Shown: positions 35,146 to 44,181 of the stretch, piece by piece | How positions within the stretch are numbered: position 1 is the stretch's first letter | Layout: each line of letters opens with the position of its first letter | NCBI GenBank assembly: GCA_945889315.1 | Contig: CAMDBP010000001.1 | Location: forward strand, 45,005 to 109,004 | Length of the DNA: 64,000 nt | Direction: 5' to 3' | DNA from: Chitinophaga pinensis | GTDB lineage: Bacteria; Bacteroidota; Bacteroidia; NS11-12g; UBA9320 | Translations under genes and position numbers: made by a program | The notes under the pieces: model-generated | The model's input: only the letters and a program-made list of their open reading frames with translations | Database searches by the model: none | Told to the model about the DNA's origin: nothing

Positions 35146-38100
35146 ATGAATAAATCATTCAATTCAGCTAGCCTTACCAGGTATTTAGCCTCATTTGTGT
35201 TACTGGTGACAAGCTTTCTGGCTTACTCACAGTGTAACCCTAAAGTCATGTACAATGGAAATTGGTCCTCAACAGGGGTGTTTTGTTTAGGAGAAATTAT
35301 AAGTTTCGATGCAAACTCTCCAGGTTACAACAGTACAACTGTTTGGGATTTTGGCGATGCTGGACCAGGTACAAGTACGTCAGAAAAACCATCTTACAGC
35401 TTCGCCCAAGCAGGAACGTACACTGTAAAATATACGGGTACAGGAGGTGCAGGAACATGCACAGGCAACGTGACGGTAATTGTAAGGCCTTCACCTGAAA
35501 TACACGTTCGCCAACTCACAAACGACACACAGTGTTACTCTGGCAACAGCTTTTGCTTTAGAGACTCAATTGTAGCGCCAGACGGTTCTATTGAGCGACT
35601 TGTAATGCTATTTAGTGACGGTACTAAAGTGGATACCACTTTTACTGGAGGCGCTGGTAAACTAAAAATATTTGACTTTTGTGTTACCATAAACGATCCT
35701 GCAGGGGGATTCTTTGACATGGTAATTGAAGCATATGACACCAGTGGATGTTTAACCAAATACACTTTTACTGATTATATCTATGTTCATCCAAAGTTAG
35801 GAATTAAGTTTGATAATATTACGCCTAAGCCCAACCCAGGTTGTGACTCCACGCTTGGGGTGTTTCTAAATACATCACTTATCGCATTAGCAGATATTGA
35901 TACCTTCATGTGGGATTTTGGGGATGGTAATATTCAAAGAGGTTCTTCTACAGTTAATACGCAATGGTGGTTTGGCATTGACGGGAAAGACACGATAAAA
36001 CATATGTATACTATCAATGGTACCTTTAACGGAACATTGTCTGTTTCTGCCTATGGATGTAGTGAGACCTTTACTTGGAAAAATGCAGTTACCAACTTTG
36101 TGGTAGATCCTAAAATTGTATCTACACCTAATCCTGCATGTGTCGCCGATAACCCCATCGAGTTTTCGGTAACCAATTTTAATACTGCAGGTATGTCTGC
36201 ATTCTTATGGAACTTTGGTGATCCTCCATCGGGACCTGCCAATTTTGATAAAGATAATTTTAGTCCGACAGCGCACGGCTACGGACCTGGACCATGGATG
36301 ATTAGTTTACGTATTCAGCAAGGCCCATGTGATGTAACTATTTATGATACTATTCAGGTTATAGGTCCAATCTCAACTATTGGTGTTCCCAATGACCAAG
36401 TTGCTTATAATCAAACCTATCAGTGTTTGATTACCGACTCTGTTCAAATGGTGAATAACTCCAGTTATTATCAAAATGATTACAATCAATTAGATGAGGA
36501 TTCTATCGTTTTTTATTTTGATTATAGTTTTGATTACAACTTTGACAACACCACTGGAATTACTAAATTTATTGTAAGGAAATGGAAAGAAGATAAAAAT
36601 GGCAATAAAATATTGTCGGCCGATACGTTCCCGAAAACAGATACACTATCTTTTATGGGCTACAAAGCTTATTTTGATACGGCCAAAGACTCTATTGCTG
36701 TAATAAATGGTAAAGATACCGTTTGGCAAAAATACTACTACAACGCCACTAGTTATAGAGGCGGCATTAACGGCCGTAAGCGTTGGGTTTTTAGATACGT
36801 TCCACCTCCTGGAGGAAAAGGAGTAGGAACTGGTAATCAAACTGCCATCGATCCCACTCTTAACGTTCGAGATTATAACCCTAATGTTTGGAGAGTATGG
36901 ACTATGGATGACAGATATGCTCCACAATGTACTACAGACAGTAGACCCTGGGTAAATAGAAATGTTGGCATTAATTGTAATTGGAGTATTGATAGTGTTC
37001 CTATACACTGGTATACCCCTTGGGATGAAGTTTACAGAACGCTTAATAATGGACAAAACTATAGAAGACCAAAAGTTGACAAACGCTTGTTCAAAGCAGA
37101 TACGATCTGTTATGAGGTGAATGTTTACTCTGATTCCTTCATGGTTGTACCTAGATTTATTTATATCAATGTTCCTGCAGATTCTGCATACACCTACTTC
37201 TTGCCGTATGACGGACTAAACCCAGCGGTGAATGGTTATAGAGACACCATCGTTTTGACAGCATCGTCACTTGGTCGAAAAATACACTATATGGATAGCT
37301 CTCACTTGAGTGTTTTTCAACAAGAAACGTATATCGTAATCAATAGACCTCCAAGTAGATTTATCGGAACTGAGTTTTACTATGATGCTGCTGTAGATTC
37401 TTTTTATGCAGTAAATAATTTAACCGATACCACCGTACTTGCTGCCGATCCATTAGGACGATGGAACAAAACTGCTGGCAACGGAACTACCAGATGGTCT
37501 ACCACCACTAGCGAAATGAGTTTCTACGTTCCGGATGGTGTAACCATCACCACTATAAATCTTCCAGCACCGGGTGGTGGAGGTGGAGTGCCTACTCCAG
37601 GCCCTTCGTACACCGGACCTAAGACCATTATTTTACCTGCAAATACGCAATTTACATTGCAATCTAAAGATTCATTGTTTAGTTTAAAGCACATACAAAC
37701 CGTGGCTAGAACCACCACAAATGCGCTTCCATCTTCATATCCATACAAAGATATGTTTGGTAAAACTAGATTTGGTTCAGCCATTTTTGTGGATTCTGCA
37801 TTACATAGAGAAGATTGGTTTGATAATAATGCTGTTTGTTTCAATGTAATATTGTGGCAAAAAGACACTATTCATCCGTTACTTTGTGAGTCTCAAGCAA
37901 CTAAATCATTAGCACTTGTTCCGCCTAATGCAAAAGGATTAGAGTGGGCAGATGGCACCCCATGTCCATTTACGGGTAACTTCCAATACATATTAGGATT
38001 TGATATGGCAGATACTAAACCAGGTTGTACACAATCGTGGTTTGCCGTAAACTACGATACCTTCCAATTGCCAACCAATCAGACAGGTTCTTGGGCCGTG

Positions 38101-41100
38101 TATAACGGTGGGGGTGTATTAGCACCAAGTAGACCAGGAAGTGCACTTCCATTCCAATTACCGTATAGCATAGTAGGAAATACCGGGACACAATTCTTAA
38201 AAGGATATACTCCTGGACAAATTGGTACAGGACAACGTTCACCTGCAGGATCATTTACCGTTGGTTTAATTGTAGGAAATGGTGTACCTCAAGCAAATGG
38301 ATTGCCTGCTTGCTTAGATACCGCTTACTATCCTGATATGTTCAGAATTCTATATATGAATCCTGCATTTACTCTATTAAACAGCTCACCACACATGTGT
38401 GCCGGCGCAACTGCTTATTTCCAACTAGAAGATCCTATACAAGATAGTATTACAGCACTTAGATGGAACTGGGGTTACCCAGGTAATGTTGGCCGTGGAC
38501 CTCAACAAGGTGGTTATTCTGAAGAGTTTTATTACTACAAAGAATACAACGGACCACAAGCTAATAGAAATGACGCTGGTATCGCTTATAATGGTGAAAA
38601 ATGGTTGTATAATTTTATCGTTAGATATAATATAGATGACCTTTCGGGTACTAAACTGATCGATACTATTGTGGTAAACATTATCAAGAAATGGGAAGTA
38701 GTCGCTTCTAAAAAGCAAGTTAGTAAGGAAGTAATAGACCTTTTCCTTCGTGAAAACTTAATTTATCAAGACATCCCAGCGGAAGACATTCCATTTTACT
38801 TAGGTGATGGTTCTAACAATTGTGTTGATACTACTAGTTTTGGCTCATTCTTCCAATTTGGAATTAAAGCATACCATCAAAAATCTGATCCAGATGTATG
38901 GCAAGTTGGTAACAAACGTTACTTATGTAACACTTATAACCCAGCTATAGTATCTGACACCACATTCTTCCTGAATGGCTCTGGCAATAGAGTTCCTTCA
39001 TTACAATATCCAAGTATAGATTCATTTACAATTGTTCAAAACGTAACAAATCGTAACAAGGCTAATTGTACCAGTTCTGTTGAAGTTACTCAAATTCTTC
39101 ACTTCAGAGATTCTTCTCTTAAAGGGTATGATACGTATGAAAGAGATTACGATAATGACGGGGTGATAGATGAAGTAATTACCGGCGTATATAAACATAC
39201 TTACAGATATCCTGTGGTGCGAGCAATTGATCCGTGTGATCCTTCGGTAAAAGATACCATTTGGGTTGCCGCAAATGCACCTATGACACCTAACTTTAGA
39301 TTAAACAACACCACGGGTTGTGGTGGATTTGGTGCAATATCTATGAATGTTGGATTCTACAATGACTTCTGGATGGATTCAACGGCTATTTGCCAAGGAT
39401 TGACATTATTTGTTGAAGATTCTATTAGATACTACCAATTAGGTGAGCAGGATCCTCCTACTTACCCAATTCACGATTTTGCACTATGGCAAGATCCTGC
39501 TAGATTTATTCCTAACATTGAAACCGTTTATTATGATTGGGACAGTACCGACGGTGTGTGGGATAATTACCAGTCTATTGTACCGAATCATTTCTACCCA
39601 GACCCAGGAAAATATACCATTACGATCATACCTAAAGATAGTACCGGCTGTAGAGATACCTCGTATATTGATGTAACCATTTCTAAAGTAAACCCTGTTA
39701 TTTCATTTGCCACATCAATCGTTAATTGTGCTTCGATAGTTGATTTCAAAGATTCTACCTGGTTTGTAGATCCTTGCGACACATTATGTCCAAATGGAAA
39801 CAACGTATCGTGTGAAAAATTACTTACCTGGAATTGGGATTTCGGAGACGGCACGCGAAACAGTAAACTTCAAAATCCTTCGCATAACTTTACTTCGAGT
39901 GGTAGCTATGACATTACACTCACGGTTACGTCTAAGCTAGGTTGTGAAGAAACTATTATCCGAACAATCTATATACCTGGTCCACAGCCTGATTTTGAAT
40001 TTGACTTAGATGAGTTTAATTTAAACGATACAGCTACTATATGCGTTGGCGATTCGCTGCTACTCGTGAACTTAAGCAAAGGAGACATTTCTGCACCTAA
40101 GTTTATAATGGACTGGGGAGATAAGACCTTTTCTCAACCAACTAATACAACGGGTAAATACGGACACACGTATACTACTGCTGGAACATACTTATTATTC
40201 TTAACACAAGAAGACGTAATACCCGGTACTAGCAATCGTTGTCAAAGAATGTTCCCGGATACCAATCCTGATATTCAAAATCAGCGACGTATAGTTGTGA
40301 TTGTAAAACCATTGCCAGAAGTAAATATTACAGCATCAAAAGACACTGTTTGTTTAGGCGAAGAAATCACCTTTAGTGGAACACTTGATCCAAGATACAC
40401 CCGAGTTAAATGGGATATGGCTAAGTTAGACACTATAAACGGAATTGTTCCTCAGGATACAGTAGTTAAATATATCTTTAAACAGCCTGGAACATTCACC
40501 GTAGTGCTAAGACCAGAGTATGATTTAAAACCTCGTTGTTGGGCAACCGATTCAATCGATGTATTTGTACAATCTGTAACTGCAGCATTTGATATTGTTC
40601 CTGACGGAGCACCTAACTTCTGCTTTACAAATACTTCTACAACTAGTCCATCTGGCAATGTCTTGACCTATGAATGGACGTTTGAAGATGAGACTCCTCC
40701 AGGACCAGGAAGTAGCACGGATACAGATCCTTGTTACAATTGGAACGAGCACGTAGGTATTTATGAGATTTGTCTTATCGCTACGGATGCTTTAGGTTGT
40801 AAAGACACGGTATGCCAAGATATCGAAAATGTATTCCAAACAAAACTTGTTCCTTACAATGTGTTTACGCCAGATGGTAAAGGTCTAAACGAAACATTTG
40901 TAATTGAAGGAGAAAGCTTACAGGAGTATCATATCAAAATCTACAATCGTTGGGGAGAATTAGTATTTGAAACTGAAGATGTGAAAAATTCTTGGAATGG
41001 TAAAGTTAAGAATAGTGGTAACGATTGTCCAGAAGGCACATACTTCTACGTAATTAAATACATGTTTGAATTTGACGACAAGTCGGAAACAATCGAAGGA

Positions 41101-41121
41101 ACCGTTGACATTATCCGATAA
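35146..41121 (+). CDS. Giant (about 1990-2017 aa) PKD-repeat cell-surface protein with a T9SS type-B sorting domain (SprB-like adhesin class)
   Basis: Signal peptide MNKSFNSASLTRYLASFVLLVTSFLAYSQ; the track start 35068 adds 26 aa before it. Many PKD-type 'WDFGDG/WNFGD' motifs. Gly/Pro linker 'PAPGGGGGVPTPGPS'. C-terminus 'YNVFTPDGKGLNETFVIEG...IKIYNRWGELVFE...WNGKVKNSGNDCPEGTYFYVIKY' is the type-B CTD. Confidence 0.85.
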   Translation: MNKSFNSASLTRYLASFVLLVTSFLAYSQCNPKVMYNGNWSSTGVFCLGEIISFDANSPGYNSTTVWDFGDAGPGTSTSEKPSYSFAQAGTYTVKYTGTGGAGTCTGNVTVIVRPSPEIHVRQLTNDTQCYSGNSFCFRDSIVAPDGSIERLVMLFSDGTKVDTTFTGGAGKLKIFDFCVTINDPAGGFFDMVIEAYDTSGCLTKYTFTDYIYVHPKLGIKFDNITPKPNPGCDSTLGVFLNTSLIALADIDTFMWDFGDGNIQRGSSTVNTQWWFGIDGKDTIKHMYTINGTFNGTLSVSAYGCSETFTWKNAVTNFVVDPKIVSTPNPACVADNPIEFSVTNFNTAGMSAFLWNFGDPPSGPANFDKDNFSPTAHGYGPGPWMISLRIQQGPCDVTIYDTIQVIGPISTIGVPNDQVAYNQTYQCLITDSVQMVNNSSYYQNDYNQLDEDSIVFYFDYSFDYNFDNTTGITKFIVRKWKEDKNGNKILSADTFPKTDTLSFMGYKAYFDTAKDSIAVINGKDTVWQKYYYNATSYRGGINGRKRWVFRYVPPPGGKGVGTGNQTAIDPTLNVRDYNPNVWRVWTMDDRYAPQCTTDSRPWVNRNVGINCNWSIDSVPIHWYTPWDEVYRTLNNGQNYRRPKVDKRLFKADTICYEVNVYSDSFMVVPRFIYINVPADSAYTYFLPYDGLNPAVNGYRDTIVLTASSLGRKIHYMDSSHLSVFQQETYIVINRPPSRFIGTEFYYDAAVDSFYAVNNLTDTTVLAADPLGRWNKTAGNGTTRWSTTTSEMSFYVPDGVTITTINLPAPGGGGGVPTPGPSYTGPKTIILPANTQFTLQSKDSLFSLKHIQTVARTTTNALPSSYPYKDMFGKTRFGSAIFVDSALHREDWFDNNAVCFNVILWQKDTIHPLLCESQATKSLALVPPNAKGLEWADGTPCPFTGNFQYILGFDMADTKPGCTQSWFAVNYDTFQLPTNQTGSWAVYNGGGVLAPSRPGSALPFQLPYSIVGNTGTQFLKGYTPGQIGTGQRSPAGSFTVGLIVGNGVPQANGLPACLDTAYYPDMFRILYMNPAFTLLNSSPHMCAGATAYFQLEDPIQDSITALRWNWGYPGNVGRGPQQGGYSEEFYYYKEYNGPQANRNDAGIAYNGEKWLYNFIVRYNIDDLSGTKLIDTIVVNIIKKWEVVASKKQVSKEVIDLFLRENLIYQDIPAEDIPFYLGDGSNNCVDTTSFGSFFQFGIKAYHQKSDPDVWQVGNKRYLCNTYNPAIVSDTTFFLNGSGNRVPSLQYPSIDSFTIVQNVTNRNKANCTSSVEVTQILHFRDSSLKGYDTYERDYDNDGVIDEVITGVYKHTYRYPVVRAIDPCDPSVKDTIWVAANAPMTPNFRLNNTTGCGGFGAISMNVGFYNDFWMDSTAICQGLTLFVEDSIRYYQLGEQDPPTYPIHDFALWQDPARFIPNIETVYYDWDSTDGVWDNYQSIVPNHFYPDPGKYTITIIPKDSTGCRDTSYIDVTISKVNPVISFATSIVNCASIVDFKDSTWFVDPCDTLCPNGNNVSCEKLLTWNWDFGDGTRNSKLQNPSHNFTSSGSYDITLTVTSKLGCEETIIRTIYIPGPQPDFEFDLDEFNLNDTATICVGDSLLLVNLSKGDISAPKFIMDWGDKTFSQPTNTTGKYGHTYTTAGTYLLFLTQEDVIPGTSNRCQRMFPDTNPDIQNQRRIVVIVKPLPEVNITASKDTVCLGEEITFSGTLDPRYTRVKWDMAKLDTINGIVPQDTVVKYIFKQPGTFTVVLRPEYDLKPRCWATDSIDVFVQSVTAAFDIVPDGAPNFCFTNTSTTSPSGNVLTYEWTFEDETPPGPGSSTDTDPCYNWNEHVGIYEICLIATDALGCKDTVCQDIENVFQTKLVPYNVFTPDGKGLNETFVIEGESLQEYHIKIYNRWGELVFETEDVKNSWNGKVKNSGNDCPEGTYFYVIKYMFEFDDKSETIEGTVDIIR

Positions 41122-41151
41122 GATAAGCTAAAACAAAACTTAGCATACCAT

Positions 41152-41188
41152 AAACTGCCTTGACGAATAACGTCAAGGCAGTTTTTTT
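41152..41188 (+). terminator. Rho-independent terminator after the giant adhesin gene
   Basis: AAACTGCCTTGACG-aataa-CGTCAAGGCAGTTTTTTTAT: 14-bp perfect stem plus T7. Confidence 0.85.
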
Positions 41189-41210
41189 ATGTTCAAAAAA
41201 TAATAACTTT

Positions 41211-41340
41211 GCGTCGCTTATAAAGAAAGACTGAGGGATTAGGCCCGGAGAAGTCTTAGCAACCTGAAAGCCATACTTTTTGCTATTCAAGGTGCTACAT
41301 CCTATCAAGACGTACAAATCTTGAGCAGATAAGCTTCTCA
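41211..41340 (+). promoter_or_regulatory. SAM-I (S-box) riboswitch in the leader of the metH C-terminal-half gene
   Basis: GCUUAUAAAGAAAGACUGAGGGAUUAGGCCCGGAGAAGUCUUAGCAACC...AAGGUGCUACAUCC...CAAGACGUACAAAUCUUGAGCAGAUAAGC. Compare the SAM-I consensus CUCUUAUCAAGAGAGGUGGAGGGACUGGCCCGAUGAAACCCGGCAACC...GGUGCCAAUUCC...AGAUGAG. P1 (GCUUAU/AUAAGC), P2 (AAGACU/AGUCUU), the GGUGC P3 motif and P4 (CAAGA/UCUUG) are all present. It lies 30 nt upstream of ATG 41369. Confidence 0.85.
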
Positions 41341-41368
41341 ACTCTCCTAACTCTTCAGCACAAAGTAA

Positions 41369-44023
41369 ATGGGAAAATCAATACATAATTATTTGCGCTT
41401 GAGCGGTTTAGAGCCGATGGTTCAAACTCCAAATATTAATTTTATTAATATTGGAGAGCGCACAAATGTTACAGGTTCTAAGGCTTTTGCGAATCTTATC
41501 CTCAATAATAAATATGACGAAGCACTCTCTGTAGCTCGATCTCAAGTAGAAAATGGTGCACAGGTCATAGATGTGAATATGGACGAAGGAATGCTGGATG
41601 GCAAAGCCGCTATGGTTAAATTTCTAAACTTAATAGCCGCTGAACCAGACATTAGTCGAGTACCTGTGATGATTGACTCTAGCAAGTGGGATATTATTGA
41701 GGCCGGACTTAAAGTTATCCAAGGCAAAGGAATTGTAAATTCTATCAGCCTAAAAGATGGAGAAGAGGCATTTATTGCCAGAGCCGAAAAAATAAAACGC
41801 TATGGGGCTGCCACAGTTGTGATGGCATTTGACGAAAATGGCCAAGCAGATTCATACGAAAAACGAATTGCTATCTGTGAAAGATGCTATCACATACTCA
41901 CTCAGAAAGTAAACTTCCCTCCATCCGACATCATTTTTGACCCTAACATTTTAACTGTCGCTACAGGTATTGAAGAACATAATAATTATGCGGTTGACTT
42001 TATAAAAGCAACCAAATGGATTAAAGAAAATTTGCCATATGCTAAAGTAAGTGGCGGGGTAAGCAATATATCATTCAGTTTTAGGGGGAATAACATCGTG
42101 CGGGAAGCAATGCACTCTGCCTTCTTATATCATGCTATTCAAGCGGGATTAGACATGGGTATCGTGAATGCTGGGATGATAGAAGTTTATGAAGAGATCC
42201 CAAAAGAACTATTAATAAGGGTAGAAGATGTTTTGCTTAATCGCAGAGATGACGCCACTGAACGATTAGTAGATTTTGCCGAGACAGTAAAAGGTGATGG
42301 CAAAAAGATAGTACTTGACTTAAGCTGGAGAGATCAAAGTGTTGAAGAACGACTTAAACACTCCCTTATAAAAGGTATTACAGATTACATAGATGAAGAT
42401 ACGGAAGAAGCACGTCTAAACTATGCTAAACCCTTACACGTCATTGAAGGACCGCTAATGGCCGGCATGAACGTAGTAGGCGACTTATTTGGTGCGGGCA
42501 AAATGTTCTTACCACAGGTAGTGAAAAGTGCCCGTGTGATGAAAAAATCCGTAGCGTATCTAAATCCTTACCTTGAAGCAGACAAAAGTGAAGGCGATAC
42601 GCAAGGTAAAATACTAATGGCCACCGTTAAGGGAGACGTTCATGACATTGGAAAAAACATTGTAGGTGTTGTATTGGCTTGCAACAATTATGAAATAATT
42701 GACTTAGGCGTTATGGTTCCCGCAAATAAGATCTTGGATGAAGCTATAAAGCATAATGTAGACGTGATTGGGCTCAGTGGACTCATCACTCCCAGCTTAG
42801 ACGAGATGGTAGACGTAGCCGCTGAAATGGAACGTAGAGGCATGAAATTACCTTTACTTATTGGCGGAGCAACTACGAGCAGAGTACATACTGCTGTAAA
42901 GGTGGCACCTCATTATAGCGGACCGGTGGTACACGTGCTGGATGCATCGCGGTCTGTTCCTGTAGCAGGTAAACTTATCGGGCAAAGTACCCGAGAATTA
43001 TTTCAAGCTGAGATAAAAGCAGAGTATACTGAGTTAGCTATACAGCATGCTGCTCGTCAAGCGGATAAAGTAATTTTACCATGGGGCGAAGCCAATGCTA
43101 ATAAGTTAAAATTAGATTGGGATACCTTTACTCCTGTACCCCCGCCACAACTTGGAATAACTGTTTTTGATGACGTTGATTTAAATGAAATTAGGGGCTT
43201 TATAGATTGGACGCCATTCTTCTCGACTTGGGAATTACGCGGGAAATATCCTAACATTTTCCAAGATGAATATGTGGGTGATGAAGCTAAGAAACTTTTT
43301 GCGGATGCAGTGGTCATGTTAGATGACATAATAACTCACAAAAAACTTCAAGCAAAGGCTGTATTAGGCGTATTCGAAGCAAATGAAGAAAATGGCGATG
43401 TACTGCTTACAAATGGGACTAAATTTAATTTCCTAAGACAGCAACGCAAAATGGGAAATGACATTCCTAACATCTCACTTGCCGACTATATAGCACCCAA
43501 AAACAGTGGCAAAAAAGATTACCTCGGAGCCTTTGCGGTAACCGCAGGCATTGGCATAGAGTCACTTATTGACGCATTTGAAGCAGACCATGATGATTAC
43601 AACTCCATAATGGTGAAGGCAATTGCCGATAGGCTCGCAGAAGCAATGGCTGAATTCATGCATCAAAAAATGCGAAAAGAAATTTGGGGCTACGCTGCAG
43701 AAGAAACACTAACCAACGAAGAGCTCATATACGAAAAATACCAAGGTATTCGTCCCGCAGCTGGTTATCCCGCAAGTCCGGATCATACCGAAAAAGAAAC
43801 GTTATGGAAACTGTTAGATGTGGAGAATAAAACAGGAATCAGCCTTACTGAAAGCTATGCAATGTACCCTACAGCTTCAGTTTCTGGATTATATTTTGCT
43901 CATCCAGAAGCTAAATACTTTGCCGTAGGCAAGATAGATACAACTCAAGTAGCAGATTATGCAGAACGAAAAGGTGCTGATTTCAATGCTACCAAAAAAT
44001 GGCTCGGTCCTAATTTATTTTAG
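41369..44023 (+). CDS. metH: Methionine synthase, B12-dependent: pterin-binding, cobalamin-binding and AdoMet-reactivation modules (C-terminal ~3/4 of MetH; Hcy module encoded separately)
   Basis: 884 aa. Begins at the MetH linker ('LRLSGLEP'). Pterin-binding barrel. B12-binding '[25 protein letters not shown]' (DxHxxG...S...GG). C-terminal activation domain '[12 protein letters not shown]...'. Confidence 0.9.
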   Translation: MGKSIHNYLRLSGLEPMVQTPNINFINIGERTNVTGSKAFANLILNNKYDEALSVARSQVENGAQVIDVNMDEGMLDGKAAMVKFLNLIAAEPDISRVPVMIDSSKWDIIEAGLKVIQGKGIVNSISLKDGEEAFIARAEKIKRYGAATVVMAFDENGQADSYEKRIAICERCYHILTQKVNFPPSDIIFDPNILTVATGIEEHNNYAVDFIKATKWIKENLPYAKVSGGVSNISFSFRGNNIVREAMHSAFLYHAIQAGLDMGIVNAGMIEVYEEIPKELLIRVEDVLLNRRDDATERLVDFAETVKGDGKKIVLDLSWRDQSVEERLKHSLIKGITDYIDEDTEEARLNYAKPLHVIEGPLMAGMNVVGDLFGAGKMFLPQVVKSARVMKKSVAYLNPYLEADKSEGDTQGKILMATVKGDVHDIGKNIVGVVLACNNYEIIDLGVMVPANKILDEAIKHNVDVIGLSGLITPSLDEMVDVAAEMERRGMKLPLLIGGATTSRVHTAVKVAPHYSGPVVHVLDASRSVPVAGKLIGQSTRELFQAEIKAEYTELAIQHAARQADKVILPWGEANANKLKLDWDTFTPVPPPQLGITVFDDVDLNEIRGFIDWTPFFSTWELRGKYPNIFQDEYVGDEAKKLFADAVVMLDDIITHKKLQAKAVLGVFEANEENGDVLLTNGTKFNFLRQQRKMGNDIPNISLADYIAPKNSGKKDYLGAFAVTAGIGIESLIDAFEADHDDYNSIMVKAIADRLAEAMAEFMHQKMRKEIWGYAAEETLTNEELIYEKYQGIRPAAGYPASPDHTEKETLWKLLDVENKTGISLTESYAMYPTASVSGLYFAHPEAKYFAVGKIDTTQVADYAERKGADFNATKKWLGPNLF

Positions 44024-44181
44024 AACTAGAACTTTACTACCGCACTCTATTTTGTCTGCACTTACATACTATTATGTTGCTGCAGGTATACATATGATAG
44101 ACTGGTCTGTTTAACACGATTTTTTATCTTATTATTTTAGTTTAGAAACACTTATACATACATCTTTGTAGACTTAATTAG

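Noticed and set aside
35262-40752. Multiple short ORFs on both strands within the giant adhesin gene (for example 36646-37056 minus; 37524-37868 minus encoding PPPPPGAG)
   Set aside because: Embedded in or antisense to a continuous 6-kb frame with recurring PKD motifs and a recognizable CTD. They reflect Gly/Pro codon runs on the coding strand.
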